Of a stretch of 64,000 nt of DNA, positions 1-11,260 are shown one piece after another. Both the position numbers and the translations under genes were made by a program. The notes under the pieces were generated by a model. It was not told the origin of the DNA, made no database searches, and saw nothing but the letters and a program-made list of their open reading frames with translations. This DNA comes from Schizochytrium sp. TIO01. Lineage: Eukaryota; Protista; Bigyra: Labyrinthulomycetes. Each line of letters starts with the position of its first letter. The first letter of the stretch is position 1. The stretch is from positions 1,054,001-1,118,000 of the forward strand of contig SMSO01000035.1 in the NCBI GenBank assembly GCA_004764695.1. The letters are read 5' to 3'.

Positions 1-1526
1 TTGCCCTTTTTGCCTTTATCCTTCTTCTTTTTACCCTTTTTGCCGCCCGAAGCTGCCTCAAGCTGGGCCTTGAGGTTCTGCAACTGCACCACTAGCATTT
101 TGTCGACGTTCTCGCGAACCTCTTCTTCCACATTTGGACGGACTACGTTTTTGGCTAGTTCAACATCATGCTTTTGTTGAAAATTGCCAGATTCGTCACG
201 GTCTAGCCAGACTCCACTATAGCGATTCAGACAGTCTTGCAATGTTGCAGTAAACTGTGTAGGACCAGTTAGAGGTGGGATCTTTTCAACTTCGACCTCT
301 TCTGCATCACCACCCTTCTTTTTTGCCTTGTCATCCTTACCGCCCTTACCACCTTTTTTATTCTTTGCAGCCTCTGCCTCAGCAGCCGCAGCCGCTTCTT
401 CATCCTCTTGAGGAGGATTCTTGGCCAAGTAGAATCCACCAAGGTCTTCAGGGAAAACACCTTTGCCAAGTTCCTCTGTAAACCAAGCACGACGTTCATC
501 CATCATGCGTTCTCGCATGTCTGGACCCTCTTCCTCAAGAACGCGGCCATGAAGATCAATGAGGGCTTGAGAGTATCCATCCTCGTTTTCTTTTTGTTCC
601 AGCTTTCGTCGAGCACGTGCTTGCTCGAGCTCGTCATATTGTTTAGACTCTTGGCGTTTTGCCTCAGCATCATCCCACAGCTTCGGCCTGCACATGCCAA
701 TAAATGCGAGTTCTCGCTCGCGCTCAGAATTGGCTGCCCGACGGGACCGTGATCCACGGTAAAGCCTTTGAATATTCGCTGCTGCTGTGTCGACGTCCAT
801 CTCGGGTGCAGCGCCAATTGCAGCCTGCGTGGCTGCTTTAAAAGCTGGGGTCTTGTTCGTGTCTTCTTCTAAAGACAACCTCGAGACGAGTTGTGCGTGA
901 ACGATGCCTTGGCGAGCACGCTCCATACGTTGAATCATAGCAATCGCTTCAGAAAGCTCAAAGTCTAGAAGGGGTGGTGCCACTTTCTCTTCGCGATCCA
1001 TCTCGAGCCCCAACTCGGCCTCCTCACCGAGTTTCATTGTCTTGATTGCGTTTATAAGTTTGTCTCTGGCAGCCTGCTTATCGGCGATTTCCTCTGTAAA
1101 GTATCGTGGAATAGGCACCTCAAGCACCTTCGGGGAAAGTTTGAGATCAACTAATACATCGTCAAGATTAACATAGGGCCAAGGCATCGGGCCGTCGCAA
1201 CCGGCTGTCACCAGCGTCGGGTGTGGAGGATTCCACTTAATCAACAACGCCTTGAGCTCCACAATACGTGACATGACAAGTTCAACAATCAACTTAATGT
1301 CAATACGCTTTTGGGGATGAACAATTCCATCAAAGCATGCTTCGAGTGTGCGGAAAATCTCAAGGTATTTGACATATAGCGATGCCCAATGATGGTTCGC
1401 CTCGTCTAGGTTCGGTTGGGCTACCGGGTCTTTGGCGCCAGATAACGTATGGTCTTCGAGAAAAAGCTGCTCCTTCAGCTCAGCCATTGCGTCACGCCAT
1501 CTTGCATCGTATGTGTTGTGCGCCAT
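1..1526 (-). CDS. IQCA1: IQ and AAA domain-containing protein / dynein regulatory complex subunit 11 (5' part; continues beyond left edge)
   Basis: Manual translation from ATG 1526-1524: MAHNTYDARWRDAMAELKEQLFLEDH...HWASLYVKYLEIFRTLEACFDGIVHPQKRIDIKLIVELVMSRIVELK, matching the IQCA1/DRC11 N-terminal YxxYxxIxxxLExxxDxxVHPQKR motif. IQ-like segments follow (AMIQRMERARQG, QLALHPRWTS) and a Lys/Gly-rich stretch (KKGKKKKDKGKKG) at the edge in the same frame. Absent from the ORF track because it has no stop in the window. Confidence 0.88.
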   Translation of the reverse strand, partial: MAHNTYDARWRDAMAELKEQLFLEDHTLSGAKDPVAQPNLDEANHHWASLYVKYLEIFRTLEACFDGIVHPQKRIDIKLIVELVMSRIVELKALLIKWNPPHPTLVTAGCDGPMPWPYVNLDDVLVDLKLSPKVLEVPIPRYFTEEIADKQAARDKLINAIKTMKLGEEAELGLEMDREEKVAPPLLDFELSEAIAMIQRMERARQGIVHAQLVSRLSLEEDTNKTPAFKAATQAAIGAAPEMDVDTAAANIQRLYRGSRSRRAANSERERELAFIGMCRPKLWDDAEAKRQESKQYDELEQARARRKLEQKENEDGYSQALIDLHGRVLEEEGPDMRERMMDERRAWFTEELGKGVFPEDLGGFYLAKNPPQEDEEAAAAAEAEAAKNKKGGKGGKDDKAKKKGGDAEEVEVEKIPPLTGPTQFTATLQDCLNRYSGVWLDRDESGNFQQKHDVELAKNVVRPNVEEEVRENVDKMLVVQLQNLKAQLEAASGGKKGKKKKDKGKKG

Positions 1527-2755
1527 ACTGCTAGAGTTGCTACCTCTCTGTTCACGGAAAAGGTTTTGAACGCGTCTTCGCCTTGTTTAGTTAGCCTCTT
1601 GTCAACCCTGGCAAGACGACAAGCGTCTTCGTGGAGGGTTTTCCCAATTTAATTACTTTGCCTCTATGCGCAGTTGAGTGTTAACCTCGCCCGAGCTATT
1701 TGCGGTGTTTCTACTTAGGAACAGCTGCGCTCTAAGCGGCTCTCGTTGTGGTTGCTTTTATAACGCAAGTTACTTATTCTTTGAATACCTTTTCTACTGT
1801 CACAACACTAAGCTCTCCGTTGTCCTTAGTGTTGTATTTAGCTTTGCTTACTAATTAAACTCCTTGCGACAGTGCGCACTTGCTTAAGTTCTTCTTTTGG
1901 AGCTCGAATCTGCCTGCGTTTCATTAAAAAAAAGTCGCTCCTTTACTCAATTTATCAGATATTCTAACGTCAGTTTCTTCAGGAGCAACAATTTTACCAC
2001 CTCAATGGCTCCTTATGCTTGGGTTTCTCTTTATCTCTCTTCAAAGCAGCTGTATCATGACACAAGCGATAGCTTGATCAACTAAAACCAACCTTCGAGC
2101 AAGCCTGGAAAAATTGGTCTAACGGATCCCATGCGCGACGCGAAGCGGCCGTTACACAACCAGGCTAACTACCATCTCCAGTGAAGTGGTCAGGAAAAAA
2201 AGATTCACTATGAATTATGTGTATTATTATGCTAAATATTGGATCATACTATTCATAACAGGAGCCCAAACAGGTTGAAGCATATTATATAGGGTATACG
2301 TTAGCAGTTATACTGTGACCTCTTCTAAATCTTTTAATTGAGAAGAGGAAAATCGAGAGAAAGAAGCCATAATCAAAAGGAATCAAAGCGCGATCCTCGC
2401 AGAGGCCCTGCGCTTGCTCACTCTCGCTTTTGTGCCGGTCGGCGAAGGCGCAACTTCCTCACTCTCCGGTGTCTTCGCCTGTGCTCGCTGCGGGCCGCAG
2501 TCGCCGCGGCGGAGTGCTAAGGCAGTCTTTCGCTACCAGTCAGCTCGCGGTTGGAGACGTGGTTAGACTGATTTGCTACCAAACCCTGCAGCTGGTGCTG
2601 CTCTTAAAGTCGCGGTGACAGCTTCGACGCTGTGATCGGTTCGGGTAGCCAGTCTCTACGGCCATCTGTGCTTGTTGAGGTTTCCGCACCGGGGTGATTG
2701 CTTTCGATTTTCTCAGTGCAGGTTCTGGCTACAGAGTTGGAGTTTTTTTGCTAGG

Positions 2756-5700
2756 ATGTATCAATACGTGGTGTCGGCGCAGAAACCGACGAATGTGACG
2801 CATGTGCTTAAGGGTCACTTCATCAGCGAGACGGAGTTGAACTTGATCATATGCAAGTCCACTCGGCTTGAGTTTCACACACTCACAGAGGACGGCCTTG
2901 TGGCGCAGTTTGATCTTGGCATCTATGGTCGTGTGGCCACGTGCAAGCTCTACAAACCCAGTGGGGAGCCCAGAGAGCTGCTCTTCGTCGTAACCGAACG
3001 TCGTCAGTACTTTGTGCTTGGATATGACCCGAAAAAGCAGTCCATCAAGACTCGCGCGAAGGGTCAAATTCAGAGTCGCATCAACCGTCCGAACGAAAAT
3101 GGGCAAATTGGCATCATTGATCCAGATGGCAGAGTCATCGGCCTTAATCTTTTCCAGGGCCAGTTTGATGTGATTCCTATGGATTCCAAGGGCCAACTTA
3201 AAGACTCTTTCAACATCCGTCTTGAGGAGATCAATGTGATTGACATTCAGTTCCTCTACGGCTATGATACTCCAGTGATTTGCGTTCTCTATGAAGATAA
3301 CCGCAAGAACCGTAGTACACGCCATATCAAGACATACTCTATCTCCTTGAAGAACATGGAGTTTACGGAAGGCCCTTGGAGCCAGCCCAATGTGGATCTT
3401 GACACAAACATGATTATTCCAGTACCCGAGCCTATCGGCGGCGTCCTTATTATGGGTCTCGAGACAATTGCCTACAGAAATGGTCGCGCAAGTGGCCGAG
3501 GACAAGTCGGTACCACAATTGCAATCCCAATTAAATGTGGCCTTATTCGTGCCTATGCACCAATTGATGCTGATGGCCTCCGCTGGCTGCTTTGCGATGA
3601 GTGGGGCGGCTTGCATGTGCTAGCTCTTCAGGTTGACAAGACACCGATGGACCCATCGACTGATGGCACTGGTGCAAAAGTTAGCAGTGCCATCAAGGCT
3701 GGCGTAACTGGAGTAACTGGATCCTCCTCCTCCTCATCTTCATCGTCATCATTGTCATCCGCTGTACCTACCATGCAACGTCACCAGGTTACAGTGGTGG
3801 ACCTTAGTATGGAATTTCTTGGTGAGACCTCGATCGCTTCCTCCATTGCTTATCTTGACAACGGTTATGTCTTTATCGGCAGCTCGTTCGGAGACTCCCA
3901 GCTGATTCATCTTAGCGTGGAGCGTGATCCGACTACTAAGTCCTATGTTGAGGTCGTTCAGACATGCCCCAATCTCGGACCTATCGTCGACTTTTGTGTA
4001 GTCGATTTGGACCGACAAGGTCAATGCCAGGTGGTGACCTGCTCTGGTGGTTTCAAGGATGGGTCTCTCCGGGTTGTTCGTAATGGTATTGGTATTGATG
4101 AGCAGTGCGCTGTGGAGTTTCCAGGCATCCAGGCAATGTGGTCGCTTCGTGGTGGCTTTGCCTCTAAGTGGGACCAATACCTTGTGCAAACCTTTACTAG
4201 CGAAACTCGTGTCCTCGCAATTGAAGATGATGAGTTGTCTGAGGTAGATTTGGGAGGGTTTATTCAGGACGACTTTTCTCTATGCTGCAGTAACATGGTT
4301 GGTGACCATTTGCTTCAGGTAACCCGTTCTGAAGCTCGCATTGTGAGTTGTGCAAATCCGAACGTTGTGAAGACAAGTTGGAAACCGCCAAGCACTCACA
4401 GGATAACTGTAGCCAGTGCAAACGCAACACAAGTTCTTCTAGCTCTGAACGGTGGAAAGTTGATTCTATTCGAAATTGATCAGTCATCTGGTGAACTTAT
4501 GCAAAAATCTGAAAAGGAGTTGCCTCATGAGGTGGCCTGCCTTTCTATTCACCCTCTGGATCCTCGCACCAACGCTTCTAAGAATGGTGAAGATACAATG
4601 ATGACTGATTCCTCTAATATGGGAGTTGACGTTAACGGGGTTCCCTTGAGTGCCGATCTTGCCGCTGTGGGTATGTGGACTGGTGTCACGGTTCGCCTTT
4701 TGGTATTGCCAACTCTAGAGGAGGTACATAAGGAGAAGTTGACAGTAGAGACCATCCCCCGTTCATTGCTCTTTGTTTCTCTTGAAGGACGGGACCACCT
4801 CCTTGCCGGACTTGGTGATGGTAAGCTCTTCACTTTTGATCTTAACCGTGGAGCTGGTAAGGATAATCTTCTTTCAGGAAAGAAGAAGATTTCACTTGGT
4901 TCTAGGCCAATCTCTCTGTCCCGTTTCCGTTCTAAAGACGTTACTCATGTATTCGCCGGCTCTGATCGCCCGACCGTGATTTACTCAAGTGGAAGTAAGC
5001 TCCTGTACTCCAACGTGAACCAACGTGAAGTTACTTGTATGGCCTCATTTAACGCTGAAAGCTTCCCTGAGAGCCTTGCTCTTGCCTCAGAAGAAGATTT
5101 GACCATCGGCACAATCAACGAGATTCAGAAACTCCACATTCGTCCTTTTCCTCTGGGCGAGCAGCCGCGCCGTATTTGCCATCACAAGGATGGGAACACT
5201 GGAAGCTTTGCTGTTTGCACCATGCGCTCAGGTGATTCTAGTGTTTCTCGCTCTGTAGCTGCAAATGGGGACAAGTCTAATGGCAAAATATCTAGCTTTG
5301 GCGAGTCTAGCTCCATGGATATGGATGCACGCATGACCACTGGTGATGATGAGCCAAGTAACATGGTTGAGACAAACTTTGTTCGGCTCATTGATGACCA
5401 AACATTTGACGTGCTAGACTCATTCCAACTGGATGAGTTTGAAACAGGCTGCTCAATTACCTCATGCACATTTTACGAGGAAGGCTTTGGATCTTCTGGT
5501 GACAAGTCAGGGAACAAGACAAACTCGAGCTCCTCAAGCTCTAGTGCTGGTGATGGTCGGAATTCTTCTTCATCCAGTGCTATGGAGACCGAGGGCGTTA
5601 CAAACAATCAAAAGGATGCAGAGCGTAAACAATTCATTGTGGTTGGTACAGCTTACCCTATCGAAGGTGAGCAAGAACCGACAAAGGGTCGCATCCTGGT

Positions 5701-6802
5701 TTTTCAGGTAGCAGAGAACATTGCGAATAAAACTCAGGCCACCCCAACAGGCAATGGCCCTGCAGGGGGCGCTTCTGGCGAGAGTGGCCGCAAACTTATT
5801 CTAGTTGCCGAGAAGCAGACCCGTGGTGCCGTTTACTCTTTGAACAGCTTTAATGGTAAGCTTTTGGCTGGTATCAATTCTGAAGTGATGCTCTTTGCAT
5901 TCTCCTCAGATGGTCCTGACCAGAGCGAACTTGTAGCCAAGGGTAGCCACAACGAGCACATTCTTGCATTATATGTTCAATCCCGTGGTGATTTTATTGT
6001 GGTGGGAGATTTGATGAACTCTGTTTCCTTGCTTGTGTACAGAGGTTTAGATGACTCGATTGAGGAGATTGCTCGGGACTATAACGCGAATTGGATGACG
6101 GCTGTCGGAATCCTTGATGATGATACATACATTGGCACAGAAACTCATATGAACTTGTTCACCGTGCAGAAAAACAGCGAGGCAGCGACTGAGGAAGCAA
6201 GACATATGCTCCGCGTGGTTGGCGAGTTTCACATTGGCGAGTTTGTGAACCGCTTCCACCATGGTTCATTGGTTATGAAGAACCAGGACCCATCTAGCAA
6301 ACGCGATGAAACTCCGGTGGACCCAACTGTCAGCACCACAGCTCCTGACCAGATCTCTGAGACTATTCGCTCTATTCTAACGACCAGTGCTACCCCTGAG
6401 ATGCTTTTTAGTACTGTCAATGGTGTGATTGGCGTTATCGCTTCGTTGACTGAGCCTCAGTATAAGCTGCTTAAACGTATGGAACGTGCTTTGGGTACTG
6501 TGATCGAGGGTGTCGGTGGCCTAAAACACGACGAGTGGCGATCCTTCACCAACGACCGTAAGCAAACGCCAGCCCATGGGTTTATTGACGGTGACTTGAT
6601 CGAAGGGTTCCTTGAACTCGACACCGAGGACGCTCAGACTGTCGTTGATTTAGTTAATGGTACAAAACCGTTGCCCTCTGGTGAGGACATTTCACCTTTG
6701 CTGTCCGCTGCTGCTGCCAGCAACGCTACTGATAGCGTGTCGCTCAACTTGGATGTGGAAAGCTTGACTCGCTTTGTTGAGGACCTGGCCCGCCTTCACT
6801 AA
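2756..6802 (+). CDS. DDB1: DNA damage-binding protein 1 (CUL4 adaptor, three beta-propellers), 1348 aa
   Basis: Starts MYQYVVSAQKPTNVTH at ATG 2756 (the track's upstream TTG start is unlikely). DDB1 motifs: GIIDPDGRVIGL, YLDNGYVFIGSSFGDSQLI, NLGPIVDFCVVDLDRQGQCQVVTCSGGFKDGSLRVVRNGIGI, SDRPTVIYS, EEIARDYNANWMTAV, GFIDGDLIEGFL. C-terminus VEDLARLH. Confidence 0.97.
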   Translation: MYQYVVSAQKPTNVTHVLKGHFISETELNLIICKSTRLEFHTLTEDGLVAQFDLGIYGRVATCKLYKPSGEPRELLFVVTERRQYFVLGYDPKKQSIKTRAKGQIQSRINRPNENGQIGIIDPDGRVIGLNLFQGQFDVIPMDSKGQLKDSFNIRLEEINVIDIQFLYGYDTPVICVLYEDNRKNRSTRHIKTYSISLKNMEFTEGPWSQPNVDLDTNMIIPVPEPIGGVLIMGLETIAYRNGRASGRGQVGTTIAIPIKCGLIRAYAPIDADGLRWLLCDEWGGLHVLALQVDKTPMDPSTDGTGAKVSSAIKAGVTGVTGSSSSSSSSSSLSSAVPTMQRHQVTVVDLSMEFLGETSIASSIAYLDNGYVFIGSSFGDSQLIHLSVERDPTTKSYVEVVQTCPNLGPIVDFCVVDLDRQGQCQVVTCSGGFKDGSLRVVRNGIGIDEQCAVEFPGIQAMWSLRGGFASKWDQYLVQTFTSETRVLAIEDDELSEVDLGGFIQDDFSLCCSNMVGDHLLQVTRSEARIVSCANPNVVKTSWKPPSTHRITVASANATQVLLALNGGKLILFEIDQSSGELMQKSEKELPHEVACLSIHPLDPRTNASKNGEDTMMTDSSNMGVDVNGVPLSADLAAVGMWTGVTVRLLVLPTLEEVHKEKLTVETIPRSLLFVSLEGRDHLLAGLGDGKLFTFDLNRGAGKDNLLSGKKKISLGSRPISLSRFRSKDVTHVFAGSDRPTVIYSSGSKLLYSNVNQREVTCMASFNAESFPESLALASEEDLTIGTINEIQKLHIRPFPLGEQPRRICHHKDGNTGSFAVCTMRSGDSSVSRSVAANGDKSNGKISSFGESSSMDMDARMTTGDDEPSNMVETNFVRLIDDQTFDVLDSFQLDEFETGCSITSCTFYEEGFGSSGDKSGNKTNSSSSSSSAGDGRNSSSSSAMETEGVTNNQKDAERKQFIVVGTAYPIEGEQEPTKGRILVFQVAENIANKTQATPTGNGPAGGASGESGRKLILVAEKQTRGAVYSLNSFNGKLLAGINSEVMLFAFSSDGPDQSELVAKGSHNEHILALYVQSRGDFIVVGDLMNSVSLLVYRGLDDSIEEIARDYNANWMTAVGILDDDTYIGTETHMNLFTVQKNSEAATEEARHMLRVVGEFHIGEFVNRFHHGSLVMKNQDPSSKRDETPVDPTVSTTAPDQISETIRSILTTSATPEMLFSTVNGVIGVIASLTEPQYKLLKRMERALGTVIEGVGGLKHDEWRSFTNDRKQTPAHGFIDGDLIEGFLELDTEDAQTVVDLVNGTKPLPSGEDISPLLSAAAASNATDSVSLNLDVESLTRFVEDLARLH

Positions 6803-7903
6803 ATTAACCATGCAGAATTTGTCCAAGAAGACATGACCCCTTAACAGTGCCTCTGATGCTGAGTTTAACAAAATAGCAAAGTCTCGTTTTGTTTGTTTGG
6901 TTGCTCAAGCTCGCTTGCGTATATAACACTTTTGTTTCGTATCTCCTGATACGGCAGCTTGTGCTCATTTCTTCTGGTCAGCAAGCCTTTTGTATGCTGT
7001 CTAAGTACACTTACACAAATCAAACAGATTTCCCCCCAACGATTTTACTCCCTAAGACATATAAAAATATCAAAATCTAAACACCATCTTACGAATTATA
7101 GATGACAGGCTATGCTCTTTGCTTTCTCAAAGACATTACAATCTGAGATAGAAGAGGTGTTATTGTACGTTGCTTTGGTCCAATGACAAGCTCTCGACCA
7201 GTTTTAAAGTGCAACATGTCAACAACGCAAAGAATTGCAATTCTCAATATTATCGCTCTCTCTCTCTCTATGTATATAGAGAGGATTCTAGCGCAAGCGA
7301 ACAATATGTGAATCGAGCAGGTTCAAAAATATAAAACATGTATGCGAGAGAACAAAAAAAAATATAATGATGGTGACATACTACAAAGAAAACATGAGCG
7401 TATAGGATGGATAAGAGAAGCGCAGAAATCTTATATCCTATCGATCACACATACGTCTTCAAACAAATGATCAATGTCTCGTTTGACCTGAGTCAAGAAG
7501 CATTCTAATACATTAGATCCCACTAACAAACCTAGATCAGATTCTTTCTTACACTTTTGAGCTCAATGTCCACCATAAAAATTAAAAAAAAAAAAAGAAT
7601 GAGGTGACTAACAGAGGTGCGACGCAACTGAGATCAATAAATAGAAACTGATTTGTCCTAGAAATGCTTCTGCCAGCATAAAATGAATACATTCGCAGAG
7701 TTTTGTGCAGAATGGAAAACTATGAGAGTTGCAGAGTGTGTGAATTAGCTTGTACTGACTCGATCTTATGATAAAGAACAGTTTGGACGCAGTGTCGAGT
7801 ATAATCTAGTCTCTAATGATTGTACGTGAGTATTAGTCATGATAAGATAATTCTCATGACATCTTTCATCTTGATGTGCAACTAGTTTTCAATCACTTCG
7901 AGG

Positions 7904-9502
7904 TTATACTCTAACAGTACTATCCTCGCGAGGAAGTTGTTCGAGAACCTTCGTATTATAGGACCCGCAACCCTTGCACTTGTGATATACAAAGTGATAC
8001 GGCGCAATAGAGCGCGTTTCACAGTCTGAGCAAAATATGCGTGAACGCAAGCCTTGGTATTCTGAAGGCATTTTTTCTTGCTCCAAAAGTTGGTCGATAC
8101 GACGAAAATATGCGGACATGTCGCCAAGACTCTTGCTGCATAATGGACAGGTGTAATTGCTTGCCGTATATGACTCGTAACATGAAACATGCATACAGTG
8201 ACCACAGTTAAGAAACATGACTGGAGTAGTTGAAGTGAACATGTATTCATGACAGACAGGGCAGTCTGACTCAAGCGAGCGCTCGACGCATTTGTGATCT
8301 CGAAGAGTGATGCTCATACACGCGTTGCACTTGTCACAGTGGAAATAATCAATACCGAGTCCCTCGCCGATGCGGCAAATGTTACATTTAGGGCAATGAT
8401 AAATCGCCTTGCCTTCCTTATCATCGTAGAACTTGCAAGGCTCACAGAAGTAGCGAGCAAATTCAGTACCGCAATCGATACACTCGCGCGCGACTGGTTG
8501 CTCCTTGCTGCAGACCATGCAGCGGACACGATCGACAGCGTATCTATCGATTTCATGGTCCATTTCTTCGTTGTGGCAGAAACGGCAAGGAAAGAATTCG
8601 TTACAGCAAGGCGCACTAATCATGCACTTGCGTTGGTAATGTTCACATCCGAGGATGTTATTTGCTTCATCGTGATAGGACTTGAGCATTTCATCCTCAT
8701 CAAATGCCTCGACCTCTTCATCGTCACCGAAATCGCTGTCTACTTCCGAAGCGGTCTGATTACTTCCGGCCTGGTGGCGCAGGTTCATTGTACGGCCCTC
8801 ACTGTTAAAATAGCTACTCTGACTACGCTGCTGCAGTCCGCTTGCGCCATGAGCTGGAGGAAGGTGGCCTGCGCTGCGAAGGCGTCCGAGTGACTTGGTT
8901 GATCCGCGACGCATAGAGCTTTCCTTGGCGTGAAGGTCCTGCTGACTCTTGCGCCAAGAAAAGGTCATGAGTTCTTGAATGCGTTTCGCACGCTCGGCGC
9001 CGCTAAGAGAAGTGTCGCATTGAATATCGCGGATGGTACGACGTAAGTCTTCCTGAGACATACCTGAGGCGGAGTTAACAGGCTTGAGGCGACGTCTCTC
9101 GATGGCCTCATCAATACATTCGCTGGGTTGGCTTGAGTCTGTGTCCAGGTCCTCTTCAATACGCGAGTCTTCTGCTACCTTGAACTCATCTGCAGAGTCC
9201 AATACTCTGGGTTCGATTGTGCCCTGGGCACCGTCAGCTCCGACTTCATGGTGGTGGTGGTGTGAATGCGGGTGATGGTGATGGTGGTGGTGGTGATCGT
9301 GATCATGGCCGTGTGTGTTGTCATGATGATGGTGATGGTGGTGGTGATCATGACCACTGTTTCCACTGTTTTCACCTGGGCTTGTTGGGCTGTTGCTGCG
9401 GCTGCTTCGCCGTCTCAGCCGCGTGAATGAGCCAATCGACCGAAGTCTGCTTGCAATGTCTGTCCCACTTCCGCGCGAGGACCCATTACGCCGCAACATC
9501 AT
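7904..9502 (-). CDS. RCHY1: RING finger and CHY zinc finger E3 ubiquitin ligase (Pirh2/RCHY1-like) with N-terminal poly-His extension
   Basis: CHY domain (GCEHYQRKCMISAPCCNEFFPCRFCH), CTCHY (YFCEPCKFYDD...YHCPKCNICRIG...FHCDKCNAC), RING-H2 (CPVCHEYMF...CGHCMHVSC...CPLC) and C-terminal zinc ribbon (CSDC...YHKCKGCGSYNT). Confidence 0.93.
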   Translation of the reverse strand: MMLRRNGSSRGSGTDIASRLRSIGSFTRLRRRSSRSNSPTSPGENSGNSGHDHHHHHHHHDNTHGHDHDHHHHHHHHPHSHHHHHEVGADGAQGTIEPRVLDSADEFKVAEDSRIEEDLDTDSSQPSECIDEAIERRRLKPVNSASGMSQEDLRRTIRDIQCDTSLSGAERAKRIQELMTFSWRKSQQDLHAKESSMRRGSTKSLGRLRSAGHLPPAHGASGLQQRSQSSYFNSEGRTMNLRHQAGSNQTASEVDSDFGDDEEVEAFDEDEMLKSYHDEANNILGCEHYQRKCMISAPCCNEFFPCRFCHNEEMDHEIDRYAVDRVRCMVCSKEQPVARECIDCGTEFARYFCEPCKFYDDKEGKAIYHCPKCNICRIGEGLGIDYFHCDKCNACMSITLRDHKCVERSLESDCPVCHEYMFTSTTPVMFLNCGHCMHVSCYESYTASNYTCPLCSKSLGDMSAYFRRIDQLLEQEKMPSEYQGLRSRIFCSDCETRSIAPYHFVYHKCKGCGSYNTKVLEQLPREDSTVRV

Positions 9503-9668
9503 GACACTTGCTATAACACTGAGATGTCTAGGTGATCAGCACTGGCTGGTTTGTTCGGAACGTTAAGGTATTGCCGCAAGCTTGATGTAGGTCCACGCGA
9601 ACCCGCCAAAAATGCCAAGGAAAATGGGCAAGCGGACAAGAACTCTTCCTTCTGATGAACTAATTCAC

Positions 9669-9716
9669 CTGTAAGAAGTGCTGGTCTCGAGTTCTAGCTT
9701 TCGTGAAGAGTTAGTC
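9669..9716 (-). other. Branch point + 3' splice acceptor of a probable 5'-UTR intron of the RCHY1-like gene
   Basis: Minus strand reads GACTAAC (9716-9710), then CACTTCTTACAG|G with the AG ending at 9669, 167 nt before the ATG at 9502. Confidence 0.55.
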
Positions 9717-10547
9717 CGAGCTCTCCTCTGCACAGTCCTCTTCACTACCAAGTAGCCTCTTGCTAGATGGGTCAGCTAATTGATTAGTTTGTTCGTCTTT
9801 GCCGAGCTCACAAGCTGCGGCTCTCGTCAGCAACGAAGCACGTTACGAGTCTGCTTTGGCTTTTGCTTTTGGCTTTTGCTTTTTCCATTTCCGCTTTCTT
9901 TTTCTTTCTTTCTCCGAAACATACTAAAAAACAATTGAGAAATAAATATAAATAAAAAGTCTACTCTTTCCAGACACACTCGACACTGAATTGTGGAAGG
10001 AAATTTTCAATTTCTATTTCCAATTCTCTTTTCATTCGCTTTCCCATTTTTAAAAGTAGAACACAAGACGGCATACGATATAAATTAAGTGCGGACGTGA
10101 AGAAACGAAAATGAAATTTTGATGAGATTATTTTTCACAACTAGGAGGTCACTCAGCGATATTATATTAAAAAAAAAAAAAATAAAAAAAAAAGCCATCA
10201 GACACTAAAAACAAACACAACGAATGGGTAATCAATTGATCCACCAGGTAGTCGATCGCACAATTAATTAAACACACCTCACCTCAGCTTGCATCCAAGT
10301 ACGTACGAGGACTGGCTAAGCTTGCCTTGAGCTAGCGAAATACGCGCACACTCTGCCATCGTCGAGTTTAGCCAAGCTAGCGACACGGCGACTAATATCA
10401 ACAGCAAAACCCGCGTAAAAGCATATCGACGGCAGCTCTAGTTTCTTCTCTTCTGTCTCTGTTTCTGCTTCTCCCACGAATTCGCGCCCTTTTTATTGTC
10501 CCTCTTCCTTCAGTTTCTTTTCTTCTTCCTCACCATTTTCAACTTTA

Positions 10548-11260
10548 AAAAACAAAACAAACAAAACAAACAAAACAAACAAGCAAACAAGCAAAACAAT
10601 AAACTCTCATCTTATTTCATTCATCTTTATCTTATCTATTTATCACATTCACTTCTTTCTCTTGAGACATTTACATACCCTTAGCTTAGGAGAAAGAAAA
10701 GTAAAAGGACGATAAATAGAAGCATAAAAGACTTCTACAAACAACTCGGCACGAGCATCAAAATACAGAGCAAGAATACAGCGCATGTCTGTCTCTTTCT
10801 GAGCATAGGTATACATACATACATACTTATATACTTACTTACTTACTTACACCTCGCTCCATACAAATATCGTCGTGTCTTCGGCCAAGAGCCACGCCTA
10901 GCGAAGGATGGTCAGTCTTGGGCTCTTGTCTTCTCTTGTCTTGTCTTCTCTTGTCTTGTCATGTCTTGTCTAGTCTAGTCTAGTCTGCCTTCTTTCCTGC
11001 CTGTCCGCTGCTCTCCAGCTTTCTCCACCTCCCCGTGCGCCGACCCTCTCTCTCTCTTCCTGCTCGTGCCTCTCAATCATCACCACCTTCAAATTAAAAA
11101 GCTTTGAAAGCTTAGTCACTTTATTCGCTCTATCTGTCTGTCTGTCTCCCCGCTCTTTTATAGTTGAATCATCCATTCATTTGCTCCTGTTTTTCTGTTT
11201 CTTTTCTTTATTTCTTTATTTCTTTATTTCTATATTTCTATATTTCTATATTTCTTTATT
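10548..11260. repeat. Cluster of simple repeats: (CAAA/CAAAA)n, (TACA)/(TACT)n, (CTTGT)/(CTAGT)n, (TTTCTWTA)n
   Basis: Visible arrays at ~10548-10598, 10811-10850, 10924-10986 and 11205-11260. Confidence 0.8.

Noticed and set aside
2729-3616. 295-aa minus-strand ORF, and other short ORFs nested in DDB1, TRRAP, RCHY1, NCKX and ABCB10
   Set aside because: Antisense or alternative-frame shadows of well-supported genes.
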